Source: Selaginella moellendorffii
Lineage: Eukaryota; Plantae; Lycopodiophyta
NCBI RefSeq assembly: GCF_000143415.4
Contig: NW_003314307.1
Location: 1,034,952-1,098,951 of the forward strand
Reading direction: 5' to 3'
DNA: 64,000 bases
The notes below the pieces were generated by a model. The model made no database searches and had not been told where the DNA came from. It saw only the letters and a list, made by a program, of their open reading frames with translations. Of the stretch, positions 23,556 to 34,491 are shown piece after piece; position 1 is the first letter of the stretch, and each line of letters starts with the position of its first letter. The translations under genes and the position numbers were made by a program.

Positions 23556-23776
23556 AGGCCTTACTTTTGCTTGAATGTAAATTAAGAATATGCGATGGTA
23601 TCTTATTGCCGTTGCGAATGGAATATCTAGTGGCATATTCGCCAGGGTTTTCTATATTTCTTGTCTGGCTGGGGCGACGTTCTTGGTTCCAAGGAGGAGC
23701 CGCCACCGATTCGCGACACCCGATTCACTGCCCTTGTAAGTAATGCGCGATCTCTGCCCAGTGGGATCGATGCGAT

Positions 23777-26142
23777 TCACGAGACGAGCACGTGAATCGT
23801 CTGCGAATCCGTGTCGGGGCCGATCGCCAGGCGCTTGATGACGGAGGTGCGATTGTGAGTGACAGAGATCTCGTACTCGCCGTGGAATCCCTGGAAGCTG
23901 AAGCTCCCCTCGTGATCGGTGGTGCCGCTCAGCCCCACTGTCCGGATGTTCTTGAGGAAAACGTCCACGATATTTCCAGCGGGCAAGTTCTTGAAATTTT
24001 GATCGGTCAGGCACATCCGGTAGCAGCCGTAGGGATGCAGAGCCGTCCACAGGACGATTCCTTTCACTGCTGGGTGGGAGAATGCCTCGCGGAGAACCTG
24101 CTGGAGATAGATTGCCTTCGATCATCGCAGACAAAGAGAAAAGAGAAAAGACAAGGCATTAGTAGCTCCTCGAGGAGGTGAGTGAGAGCTTTTGTTTCTT
24201 CTTACTTGGTTTTCGCTGTCAACACTGTTCATGATATCGACTTCCGTCAGCCAGATTGGGAGCTCCAGCGTCGCAAGCTTGTCGAGGACTGCTCGCATGT
24301 AAACGAGATTGGGCTTGCCGGAGAAGTGTCCCTCCAGTCCAATGCCGAGCTTTTTGATTCCTGCGGCTTTCATCTCGAGCAGCCTGTGGACGTAGTTGTC
24401 GGGTAAGCTCATCGAGTCCTGTGGTACCTCGATCACGTTGAAATCGTTGAGAAACAATGTTGTTTCAGGATCGATCTCCTGGGCGAATTTGTAGATCTCC
24501 ACAGCCGCGTTGCTGCCGAGCTTGCTCTCGAAGAAGTTGAAGTGGAGCATTTCGTTGAGCACGTCCCACTGTGGAAGCTTGCCAGCGTAGTGACTCATGA
24601 CGGACTCTATGCGGGACATTGTGGCGGTTCTCAGCTCCGAGGCGCTCAAGTCTTTCACCCATCCAGGCTGGTACTGTGGATCGTTCCAGAGAACGTTGTG
24701 CCCTCTGACCAAAATGTTGTTGGCTTTGCAGAAATCCAGCATTTTATCGGCGGTCTCATACGAGACTTTGCCTTGTTGCCGCTCCGTAGAGTACCACTTC
24801 ATCTCGTTCTCGAACACAGCAGTGTTGAATCGCGTCACAAACCATTTCTGGCAAGCACGCCGAAGTCAGCAAGGTATCTTTTAGATTTTTTTTTGCTTAC
24901 TTGATATGTCGGGTTGTCCAGGATTGTGGATGCAATTGCTGAGCCAAATGGGAAGTCGCCAGTTATCTGCTCCACTTGGATGTCTGCATTGTGGATTCCA
25001 TGGCCTTTGCAATCCGTGACGCTCAGGGTCACGGATCTGGTTCGGCTCTGTCACGTCAGCAGGCACATCACAGGTTAGCAGCTAGCATTTTGTTCGATTT
25101 GCACACCTTTTTTATGCTGATATCTTGGTGCTTGCTCCACTCCTCGTCTGAAAAGGGCTGAAGCGAGACACTGTCCAGCCAAATGTCAACCTTCGGATCG
25201 GAGCTCTGCACGACATTGGTACACCAAATGCGCACGTTTGGTAACGGAGAACAGAGAAACAGGGTCGTTAAATTCACCTCGAAGTACAGAGTGGCGGATG
25301 AAGCATTGAACTCGGGAATAAATCCTCCCTTCAGGAACGTCCAGCACTTGTTCCTGGCTGCGACGCTCCCGGCTGAAATGTATTGTCCGTTGGCCTTGAT
25401 GGTGGCCTTGACCAGAGGAGCGGTATCATCACTTCCACCGTTCACTTGCAACCAAGCTGTAAGTTTTCCAAGTAGGTAGAGATTGATCAGTATACACGAG
25501 TTTTTTCTTCGGTGGTTAATGTTGTTGTTTGTTGGTTGTCAGCAGAGATTCGATTTTCAACATTGATTTTCGCACCTGAGAGAGTGTACTTGGACCCCTG
25601 CGTAAGATTCGCCAGAGCTTGTGAAGGGCCGTGAAATCCAGCGTTCCGATTGGTTGCAACGAGGAACTTGTTCCTGCCTTGGACCTGGATCTTGAGAGTG
25701 CAGCCCCCGAATGGGGACCAGCCGAGAAGGTCCGCGTCGAATGCGGGGTTTTTGAGAACACCTCCGTTGTACAGGGGACTTGTGGGAGCAGCCAGACACT
25801 GCGTGGGGACAGAGCAACAGAAACAAACGGTCTCAACTGCTGAAGACTATAAACAAAGTGAGTAAAGTTTCACCTCGGAGAATGCAGTTTGATCATAACT
25901 CCCGTGCTCTGTGGCAGGAGGACAGCAGAGCAATTAGACATATTGAATTGGCCAAGAAGCGAAAGAAACGAGTTGAGTGATGAATTCGAACCTGGTGGTG
26001 CCGGTGGTGATGGATCTGGTTTGCGATGATGAGGATGTCCCCGCTCAACAGCTCGAGAGAAGGAGGCATTGAAGTCCGTCTCGAGCGGGCAGAATGCAGA
26101 GAGCTGGAAGAGGATGGGAAGGACGAGCGAGGAGGAAGGCAT
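23777..26142 (-). CDS. GH10 endo-1,4-beta-xylanase with N-terminal CBM, multi-exon
   Basis: Signal-like MPSSSLVLPILFQLSAF; YDQTAFSE|CLAAPTSPLYNGG; FENEMKW, RGHNVLW, WDVLNE (acid/base Glu), LFLNDFN, GLEGH, IWLTE (nucleophile). TATAAAA at ~26190. Confidence 0.94.
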
Positions 26143-28004
26143 TGAGCTGAAGTGGTGGCTCTCTTCCAGCATTGAGGACAGATTTTTTATAGGAGGGAGG
26201 GGAAGAAAAGGAAGCAGGGGGGCGGGGGAGACAAACGCTGGCCAAACAGTGTCGCCGCTCAACTTGCTGCAAATGTGAAGCTCCTTTACTGTGGCATCAA
26301 GAATGAGGGAGGAGGAATTCGGTGCGCAGTAGAAGCAATGAGCAGAGGGAATCAATCAACAGATTTGGCCGCTTCTTCGTGCTTGGTTCTGCGGCGTCGT
26401 CGTCGTCATGGAATGGAGCGAAGCAGTTTATATATATATATCCGCGTTCTTCGTCCCTTGGAGGCGCCGTGGAAACAAGCTTTTGCTTGTGGGGTCCCGG
26501 ACGGAAGGGGATGCTGTACACAGCAAGCTCTCGAGCGGCGAAGAAGAAGAAGAAGAGCAAGGAAACTTGGCGTGCCGTAAGAGTGTGCAATTAGCGCAAG
26601 CAACGCTTCTTATCCCCGAGAAGAAAGAAGAGACGGGCGAGCGAGAGCACTGTTTTCTAAGTAAGTGGTTGCTTTGCTTTCTTCCTCGTCCTGTGCTTGT
26701 GATCTAATATTTGCTTGCCTATTATGTATACAGTGGGGCGGCTACTTGGAGAATCATGAGCGATCCCAACGGACATCAAACAATGCCTGGATTTCTTTCC
26801 GGTGGCGCTCATGCGTCTCGCCGCAACCATGCACAACAAAAAGTAAGACCCCTTTTTTTTGCAATCTTCTTTTTCCCTTTGGCCGAACGAACTAACGAAC
26901 GCAGGCAGGCGTGCATGATTCGGGACAAATCGGTGTGCGGTGTGCGGTGTGCCTTGAATCTCACGGTTGTGCTTCTACTTTTCATGAAGAACACAAAGCC
27001 CCACCCGAGCCAAGGTATGATTTTTATTCTCTCTCTTTTCTCTCCTTACTTTTGTAAAACGTCAGCGCAGTGAGAGAGAGAGAGAGAGAGACAAACACAA
27101 ACACAAGACACACAGAGAGGAGGGAGAGTGGCACAGGGGACCCTCCATGTTTGCAAAATGCCCAGCACAAAAAGTTTATACAGCAATTTCTCACGAGAAA
27201 AAGTTGCAGGCCCGCGGCTGTGAACACATGTGAAAAAGCGGAGGGGGAAAAAGGAAGGTTTTTTCTCCTTTCTCAAGGCTGCCTTTGCTGCAACTGGGAG
27301 GAGACATGGAGGGTGGCAACTTTTCTTACCACACAGCTTGAAACTACCTTTTCCATCAATGCCTTCAGATTTAGGGCAAATATTTCCATTTTTATGGTTA
27401 ATTTGGCTTAAAGTGTTTAACCTTTAGTGTTTTGTTTGCTTAATGGTGTGGTATGGGTGTTGTGGACTTAACAAACTTCATCAAAATGAAATTAAGTTCT
27501 TTGTTTACATTGATGAATTCTATCAATATAGAATTATTACACAAAACTTTATTTTTTATTTGATATTGGTGAAATTTGTAATTATGAAGTCCAAGTCCAG
27601 AGTGTAGAGTAATAATGTTGTTTATATTATTTATGAAATTTTGATATCCATGAATTGATTTCAATCTAGACCATTTGCTCTTGTAATTTTTTGAAAATAA
27701 TATTTTGTAATTAGAAAATCAAGTAGAAGAAAACATAAAACAGAGAATATTCACAAACATTGATTAGTAAAAAGTACAAATATTGATGATTATAACGCAG
27801 CTAATCTTTGCTAATTGGCAAACCAAATGAGTGATTAGAACTAGTCTTTCTTGGGTTTGGGGAACAACCTCTTACTTGATTTGTACGTCCACGCATGTCG
27901 CCCTCCATGGCGGGCATCATCAACATGGCAGCACCGCAAATGTCTCCCCGCATCTCGATGGCGCATTTGCATTTGCATTTGCATTTGGCCCCTTTTAAAT
28001 TGTG

Positions 28005-29594
28005 ATGCTGCTGCTGGAGCGAGGCGCGTGCATCCAGCTGCTCCAAAAGTGCTCGAGCCCCGCCGCGGCAACCTTCCTCCACTCGCACATCCGCCATTTC
28101 CTCCACGCCCACGACGTGTTCGTCCACAACAAGCTCATCGAGATGTATGGGCGATGCGGCAGCACAGGAAAGGCCAAGCAGATCTTCGATTCGATGGACG
28201 AGAGAGATACCTTCACCTGGAACCTGATGATCGCCGCATTTGCCCGCAGCAGGCAGCTGGACCTCGCGCAGCAAACGTTCGATCGAATGCCCAATCCGGA
28301 CCTTGTGACATGGAACACGATCCTCACTGCCTTCTCGCTTGCCGGGGATCTCTCGACGGCAAAGCAACGCTTCAACGAGATGCCGGCGCGGAACCTCGTG
28401 TCGTGGACCGCGATGCTTTCTGCATATGCCCGGAATGGGCATCTGTTTGGAGCCAAAAGCGTCTACGGCGAGATTCCGGAGTGGAGCCTCGTGTCGTGGA
28501 ACGCGATGCTGGCAGCTTGCACGCAAAACGGTGATCTCTTGGGCGCCAGACAGGTCTTTGCGTCGATGGAGGAGTACAGCCTCGAGTCGTGGACGGCTAT
28601 TGTCTGCGCAAATGCCGCACAAGGGCATCTAGCCGAAGCGAAACGTTTGTTCGACAGGATGCCCGAGGGGGACATTGTGTCCTGGACTGCGATGCTCGCG
28701 ACTTATGCGCAGACTGGAAATGCGTTTCAGGCAAAGAAAGTCTTTGACGCCATGCCCGACTTGGATCTCGTGTCGTGGACCGCAATGCTTGCAGCATATG
28801 CCATGAACGGGCATCTTAACGAGTCAAAGTCTGTGTTTGATTCTATGCGCGAGAGGAACCTGTTTTCTTGGACGGCTATGCTCGCTGTGTATGCGGGAAA
28901 GGGGTTTTTGGAAGAGGCAAAGTTTCTGTTTGATTCTATGCCGGAGCGTGATGCCGTGTCCTGGACAGCAATGCTCTCTGGATTTGCGCAAAATGGGCAT
29001 TTGGAAGAGGCCAAGTCGATGTTTGATGCAATGAACGAGCGCCATCTTTTCTCGTGGAACGGGCTTCTTTCCGCATACGCTCAAAACGGAAATCTCGATC
29101 AAGCACTCAAGATATTCGATCGAATGCACGAGCGCAACACAATCTCGTGGAACGCTGTCCTTGCAGCGTACTCTCAAAACGGCCATCCCTCGACTGCAAT
29201 CCAGATCTTCAAAGAGCTCAAACTCCTGGGCGATCCTCCAGACGAGATTGCCTTCCTTTGCAACCTCATCGCATGTAGCCACGGAGGAAAACTCCGCAAT
29301 GCCGGCGACTCGTTTCGATCCATGGTCTCGGACTTTGGAATCCCGCCGAGCAAGCTACACTACCGGTGTCTGATCGATCTCCTGTGTCGCTCGGGATACC
29401 TTGGCGAGGTGGAGGAGCTGCTGGCAACGATGCCATTCTTCCCGGATTCGTGGGACTGGACTTGCTTTCTCGGTGCTTGCAAGGGTCACCGAGACGTGGA
29501 TCGAGGGAGCCGAGCGACAAAGAGGGCCATGACTCTCGATCCAGAGAACCCCGCTCCATACGTCTTCATCTCTAACATCTTCCAGGAGCTATAG
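28005..29594 (+). CDS. PLS-class PPR protein dominated by 31-aa SS motifs, with E domain and no DYW
   Basis: Intronless ORF with about ten consecutive (D/N)LVSWTAMLxAYAxNGHLxEAKxxFDxMPE repeats; ends HYRCLIDLLCRSG..W..FLGAC..APYVFISN. Confidence 0.93.
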   Translation: MLLLERGACIQLLQKCSSPAAATFLHSHIRHFLHAHDVFVHNKLIEMYGRCGSTGKAKQIFDSMDERDTFTWNLMIAAFARSRQLDLAQQTFDRMPNPDLVTWNTILTAFSLAGDLSTAKQRFNEMPARNLVSWTAMLSAYARNGHLFGAKSVYGEIPEWSLVSWNAMLAACTQNGDLLGARQVFASMEEYSLESWTAIVCANAAQGHLAEAKRLFDRMPEGDIVSWTAMLATYAQTGNAFQAKKVFDAMPDLDLVSWTAMLAAYAMNGHLNESKSVFDSMRERNLFSWTAMLAVYAGKGFLEEAKFLFDSMPERDAVSWTAMLSGFAQNGHLEEAKSMFDAMNERHLFSWNGLLSAYAQNGNLDQALKIFDRMHERNTISWNAVLAAYSQNGHPSTAIQIFKELKLLGDPPDEIAFLCNLIACSHGGKLRNAGDSFRSMVSDFGIPPSKLHYRCLIDLLCRSGYLGEVEELLATMPFFPDSWDWTCFLGACKGHRDVDRGSRATKRAMTLDPENPAPYVFISNIFQEL

Positions 29595-29788
29595 TCCTGC
29601 CAAACACGATTTCTTAGAAAACAACTTTACAAAGACTTTATCTGCGAGGGAAAGATATACTAGACTATAGCATGGGTTGTTTTAGCATGGGTTAGCATGG
29701 GTTGTTTAAAAAAGTTGGTAAACCTTGTGATTTTGTTCATCTATCAGATCTTAGGAGCAACTTAGTGCATTTTTTCTCAGTCTTCGGG

Positions 29789-30565
29789 ATGGAAAGATAT
29801 TTGGCGTTCCTCAGCCATGGCATTCCAGCGATTGGATTCATCTCTTGGGGACTCGCGCTCTTTGTCACAGCTGCAGCTCACAGACGAAACAACAATGAAT
29901 CTCAATCACTTGCCGCAAAGCGGATCGAGTTCTACAGCATCTTCCTCGGGAGCTCAGGAGTGATTGTGTTCCACTGCATTGTCCAGCCAACACGAAGCTA
30001 TCCCGACGTGGAGCATATTTCCATGGCTCTTCCCTTCATAATTTACGCACTCGCTCTGCGGTGGAAGGCAAAACTATCAAATAGTTTTGTAAATCTCCTG
30101 GGAGCCGCTGCTTTTGCCCAGGAATTCATCCTCTTTCACTGGCATTCCACGGATCACAAAGGCGTGGAAGGACACTATCATGCGCTGCTGCAACTCATTG
30201 TGGCCGCTTGTATGTTTACGTGCTTGGGCGAGGCCCTTTTCCACAGGAAGCTAACTATCAGGCTTTTAAGATCTTTTTGTATCCTCTTTCAGGGAGTTTG
30301 GCTGCTTCAGCTGGCACTGCTGCTTGTGTTTCCTTCGGAGTTCCTGCCTCCAGATTGCCGATTGTTTCTTCACCGCCACCAGAAGGTTGCATGCAGCAGC
30401 GAGAAGCTTATCATGCAATCCAAAACTGTGGCGACCTTGCTTTTTAGTTGGTACTTCTCTTTGCTGATGGTAGCAAGTGCTATAGCTTATGCTTGGATTG
30501 AGAGAAACGCTATGAGATATTGCCCTGTTGGCTCCTTGGAAGATGAAGAGACAAGAGAGCTTTGA
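29789..30565 (+). CDS. TMEM45/DUF716 family membrane protein (copy 1)
   Basis: SHGIPA, EHISM, AFAQEFILFHWHSTDHKGVEGHYH, FQGVWLLQ, with several TM segments. Confidence 0.88.
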   Translation: MERYLAFLSHGIPAIGFISWGLALFVTAAAHRRNNNESQSLAAKRIEFYSIFLGSSGVIVFHCIVQPTRSYPDVEHISMALPFIIYALALRWKAKLSNSFVNLLGAAAFAQEFILFHWHSTDHKGVEGHYHALLQLIVAACMFTCLGEALFHRKLTIRLLRSFCILFQGVWLLQLALLLVFPSEFLPPDCRLFLHRHQKVACSSEKLIMQSKTVATLLFSWYFSLLMVASAIAYAWIERNAMRYCPVGSLEDEETREL

Positions 30566-30895
30566 CTAATTTGTTTTAAAGCAAATAAAAAGAGATCGTG
30601 GAAACCTGCAAAGTTCGTATTTAATCTTTTCTGTTTTAGATTCTTTAAACTAATCCAATGACAATCTAAAACGCTCCGAGCAACGCATATCATAGAATGG
30701 TTCTAACTGGAATCTTGTCTAGCGTGTAGTTAGAACTGGCACCAATCATCCCCACGATCAAATTTGATACGCACGTCCGGACGAACACGTTTCCCTTGAG
30801 ATCTAGTTTTTTACTTGCAAGAGGAATCATTGATGATTAAAGACTGCAGTGCCCAGAACTTCGATCGGAGCTGACAGTATACTCTTCTTGATTGA

Positions 30896-31690
30896 ATGGC
30901 AAACAGCTTGCTGGTGTTCTTGAGTCATGGGATCCCAGCGTTCGGCTTTATCTTCTATGGGATCTCCCTCTTTGTCACCAATTGCCTAGGAGCTCCTCGA
31001 GGATCAAACGAGCTCAAAGAGAGTCGATTGCTAGCCCTTGCAAAGCGAGTCGAGTCTTACATTGCCCTTCTCGGAAGCGCAGCGGTCATCGCCTTCCACT
31101 GCATTGTCCAGCCAACGCGAAGCTTTCCGGACTTGGAGCACATAGCCATGGCTCTTCCCTTCCTCATCTATGGACTCGCTCTACGCTGGAAGGCAAGCTT
31201 GTCGAGTGGCTTCGCGGATCTCATGGGAGCAGCTGCTTTCGCCCAGGAATTCCTCCTCTTTCACTGGCATTCCTTGGATGACACGGGTGTGGAAGCCCAC
31301 TATCACGCTCTCTTGCAAATCACCGTCATGGCTTGCGCGCTTACAAGCTTGGGCGAGATCTTTGTGCGACACCACCAGACCACCATCAAGCTTTCCAGGT
31401 CGATCTCTATCGCCTTTCAGGGCGTCTGGCTGCTCCAACTCTCGCTGGTGTTTGTCTTTCCTTCGCTGTTCCTGGATCGAGATTGTCAAGTCAACAGTCA
31501 CCACGGCCACATTCGGATCGAGTGCGCAAACCAAGAGCTCGCCAACAAATCCAAAGCCGTGGCGACGATGGTTTTTAGCTCTCATCTTTCTTTGCTAATG
31601 GCAGCGTGTGCCACACTGTATCCTCTGATTGAGAAAAGAGCTTCTTTTTACAGCCCAGTTGGGACGAATTCGTGGGATGATCAAGCATAG
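30896..31690 (+). CDS. TMEM45/DUF716 family membrane protein (copy 2, tandem paralog)
   Basis: Collinear with copy 1: SHGIPA, HCIVQPTRSFPDLEH, AFAQEFLLFHWHS..GVEAHYH, FQGVWLLQ. Confidence 0.88.
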   Translation: MANSLLVFLSHGIPAFGFIFYGISLFVTNCLGAPRGSNELKESRLLALAKRVESYIALLGSAAVIAFHCIVQPTRSFPDLEHIAMALPFLIYGLALRWKASLSSGFADLMGAAAFAQEFLLFHWHSLDDTGVEAHYHALLQITVMACALTSLGEIFVRHHQTTIKLSRSISIAFQGVWLLQLSLVFVFPSLFLDRDCQVNSHHGHIRIECANQELANKSKAVATMVFSSHLSLLMAACATLYPLIEKRASFYSPVGTNSWDDQA

Positions 31691-31779
31691 TTCTTCCCAA
31701 AGATTGTGGAAAGCATATACTTGTATATTCAATGAATATTCTTCAACCTTAAATAAACATTCGCGCGAAATGGCGAGAT

Positions 31780-34491
31780 TCACGCGACGAGTGCCTTTGC
31801 GCCCTCCGGCCAATGCGTGAGAATGAGCTCCACTACCTCTTCATCGCTATCCTTGTCTACCACTGCTTCATCTTCTTGATGATCCCGCTCGACTGGATGA
31901 ACTTCGTCTTCCAAGCCGAGAGCTCGAGCACCATCCTTCCAGTTCCTTCGAATCCAGACCAGGTCCGCATCGTCGTAGAAATCAGCTCCCACAGCCGTGG
32001 AGAGCGTCTGGAACTCGTCCCATGTCAACACGCTGGCAGGCTCGTCGTCCAGGGAGATGACTTCCACAACCTCACTGCTGCTGGCTGCCTGAGACTTTGA
32101 TCTCTTCTCGTCGCGTTCCTTGCGAAAAGCTTCCCAGATCTCCTGCATCTCCCTGTCTCCAAACTCTTGCTCCGCGCAGGTCTTTGCCAAGCTGTCAATC
32201 TCCTCCTGCGAGACTTTACACCTACTTGGAGGTGAAGTGGACTCGATTTTGCTGCTTGAAACGTTGCGGAGCTGTTCTTCCGGAGTCGCAGGAACGATTG
32301 TCACGTCGGAGTCATCCGGAGTTGCGGGAACAATGACTACCTCGTCGTCGTCATCATCGTTAACTTCGTCATCCGAGGAAACATAGATAATCTGAGCGTC
32401 TCCCGAGCCATCGTCGCTGATGTCGCCAGCATCATCCTCGTCGCTTAAGCAAATCAGTTCTGCGGCACTGGATTGCTGAGTAACTCCTTCGAACGGAGCC
32501 GTTTTCAATTTTATGCTTCGGTCGACTGGAACTTTCACTGCATGAACTCCACGTTTCGGCTCGATCTTCGCAGTACTTACTTTAGACGTTCCAGAGATGT
32601 TCGGAATAGTTGGAGCTGAAGGAACTAGTTCCGAAACCTGCTGAGATGGTCGAGCATCGGAGTTGATACCCACAGCCTTCGACGTTTGATGGCGTAAACG
32701 CATTGGATGACGGGAACTTACAGGACATTGAGGTGTCGGAGCTGCTGCTTGAAGCATAGGATCAGGACTTATAGACTGCGATGGAGCTGGTGCCCGACTT
32801 CCTTGAACTGGAACATCTGTGGCTGTTGGACTAGTCACAGACTGCCGAGAGGAGAAAACATTTGTCGTCGTGTTGGCACGACGTCGTTCGTCATCTGGCA
32901 GCGTTCGACGTTGGGGAGCCACAGCCTTATCCGAGGAAGTTACTGGAGGAAGACCTTCGCGAGCTTGAGCTTGAGGAGTTCCTCTACTAGAACTTCCACC
33001 ATTCGAAGGAAGTCCTTGATCTCTTTCTCTGGTCATTGGCTGCGTTTGGCCACCACGTCCTTGGGCTTTGGTCCAAAGCCAAGCTCGATATATGGTGTCC
33101 TCAACGTAAGCTTTGTCAGTGGCAGGAACTGGTAAAACATGCGGTCGAGGTGGAGCTCCTGCCCGACTTCCTTGAACTGGAACATCTGTGGCCGCTGGAC
33201 TAGTCACAGACTGCCGAGAGGAGAAAACGTTTGGCGTCGTTTTGGCACGACGTCGTTCGTCATGTGGCAGCGTTCGAGGTTGGGGAACCGTAGCCTTATC
33301 CGAGGACGGTGCTGGAGGAACAGGATCATGACCTCCACGAGCTTGAGCTTGAGGAGTTTGAAGAACACCAGAACTTCTACCATTCGAAGGAAGTCCTTGA
33401 TCTCTTTCTCTGGTCACTGGCTGCGTTTGGCCACCATGTCCTTGGGCTTTGGTCCAAAGCCAAGCTCGACATACGGTGGCCGCAACATCAACCGGTCCAG
33501 GTGGTGGATCAGAGCTTCTTGTACTTCCAAGATGATCTCGAGTTGGTGCCAATCGTTGAACGTCCACTCTGGAAGAGGTCGCTACTGGAGTTGGAAAAAC
33601 ACTCGGAGGAGCTCTAGTTCTTTTTCCATTGCCAGTCCCACCATAACCAGAGCCTGAGAAAGCTTGAGTGCCATGGCTGGTCGACGTCGTGCCTTGATCG
33701 CTGATGATAAACTTTTGCAGTGGCTTTCCCGAGGCCGCTCCCATATGAGCTAAGCGATCGGCTGCCTCGTTTCCAAACATGTTTGCATGAGCTTTCACTT
33801 TGAAGAGGTGAATTCGCTGGACTTTGCTTTGCTGAGCAGCGGCAGCAATGGCAACGAGGATGTTCTCGTAGACGTGATAGCGAAGATTGGATGGCTTGCG
33901 CTGGAACTTTTCCACCAGATAGAGCGACTCCAAGCTATCCGTGTAGAGAAAAATGCTCGTCTGCTTCCAGAAGCTTTGGACGTGAACAATGCCTTCGAGG
34001 ATCGCAAGCAGCTCCATTGTCATGGATGACACTTTGTGAGTTGAAAGATCGATCTCTAGTGCCATGGGCCGTGATGGATCCGAGCTCAGCTGGAAAGTAA
34101 TGGTGCTCCCAACGATCACATTCCGAGCCAAACAGTGGTTTTGCTCCTGGCAGCGGTAGAAAATGCCATAGCCAGCCTTGTTCTGGGCAGAAATGAAAGA
34201 ACCATCCGTGAAAACGTTCAAAGGTAGCGTCGAGTTGATCTCATCGGCGCTGTGCTCCTTCGTGCATATCAGGAAGCGAAAACCCCCATAAAAGACGTGA
34301 GGATGATCTGCCACAACCGCCGGGAAAGCTTCTTCTCCCTGCAGCAAATGATTCTCTCGAACAAAAGCCACGAAATCTTCCGCCGCTGTCGCATTGCTCC
34401 TTCTATAAACCCTCGTCTTCTTCTTCTTCTTCCTCTTGTAGATCGCTCCTCTCGGCCGCAGGAGCTCACACCTTCCCCCATAATCGATCAT
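31780..34491 (-). CDS. Intronless ~900-aa protein: N-terminal RNase HI-like domain, duplicated disordered region, acidic SIM-like tail
   Basis: VFTDGS..NKAGYGIF / MELLAILEGI / LYTDS / KVKAHANMFGNEAADRLA, i.e. intact D-E-D-(H)-D. The first in-frame ATG is 34491. Confidence 0.85.
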   Translation of the reverse strand: MIDYGGRCELLRPRGAIYKRKKKKKTRVYRRSNATAAEDFVAFVRENHLLQGEEAFPAVVADHPHVFYGGFRFLICTKEHSADEINSTLPLNVFTDGSFISAQNKAGYGIFYRCQEQNHCLARNVIVGSTITFQLSSDPSRPMALEIDLSTHKVSSMTMELLAILEGIVHVQSFWKQTSIFLYTDSLESLYLVEKFQRKPSNLRYHVYENILVAIAAAAQQSKVQRIHLFKVKAHANMFGNEAADRLAHMGAASGKPLQKFIISDQGTTSTSHGTQAFSGSGYGGTGNGKRTRAPPSVFPTPVATSSRVDVQRLAPTRDHLGSTRSSDPPPGPVDVAATVCRAWLWTKAQGHGGQTQPVTRERDQGLPSNGRSSGVLQTPQAQARGGHDPVPPAPSSDKATVPQPRTLPHDERRRAKTTPNVFSSRQSVTSPAATDVPVQGSRAGAPPRPHVLPVPATDKAYVEDTIYRAWLWTKAQGRGGQTQPMTRERDQGLPSNGGSSSRGTPQAQAREGLPPVTSSDKAVAPQRRTLPDDERRRANTTTNVFSSRQSVTSPTATDVPVQGSRAPAPSQSISPDPMLQAAAPTPQCPVSSRHPMRLRHQTSKAVGINSDARPSQQVSELVPSAPTIPNISGTSKVSTAKIEPKRGVHAVKVPVDRSIKLKTAPFEGVTQQSSAAELICLSDEDDAGDISDDGSGDAQIIYVSSDDEVNDDDDDEVVIVPATPDDSDVTIVPATPEEQLRNVSSSKIESTSPPSRCKVSQEEIDSLAKTCAEQEFGDREMQEIWEAFRKERDEKRSKSQAASSSEVVEVISLDDEPASVLTWDEFQTLSTAVGADFYDDADLVWIRRNWKDGARALGLEDEVHPVERDHQEDEAVVDKDSDEEVVELILTHWPEGAKALVA
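32791..33480. repeat. Internal direct duplication (~310-320 bp x2) within the RNase H ORF
   Basis: 32791-33097 and 33161-33480 share RAWLWTKAQGxGGQTQPxTRERDQGLPSNG...NVFSSRQSVTSPxATDVPVQGSRA, with indels that keep the frame. Confidence 0.92.

Noticed and set aside
26280-27430. Short ORFs upstream of the xylanase gene
   Set aside because: Low-complexity, promoter-like DNA with no coherent exon chain; no tRNA, rRNA or miRNA hairpin could be supported by eye.
27960-27990. (GCATTT)4 repeat, and the TAGCATGGGTT triplication at 29668-29703
   Set aside because: Short simple repeats with no evidence of function.
34380-34491. Possible hybrid-binding (viroplasmin) domain at the RNase H N-terminus (GAIYKR...AEDFVAFV)
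   Set aside because: Only a faint resemblance; the conserved GxY..W core is absent.
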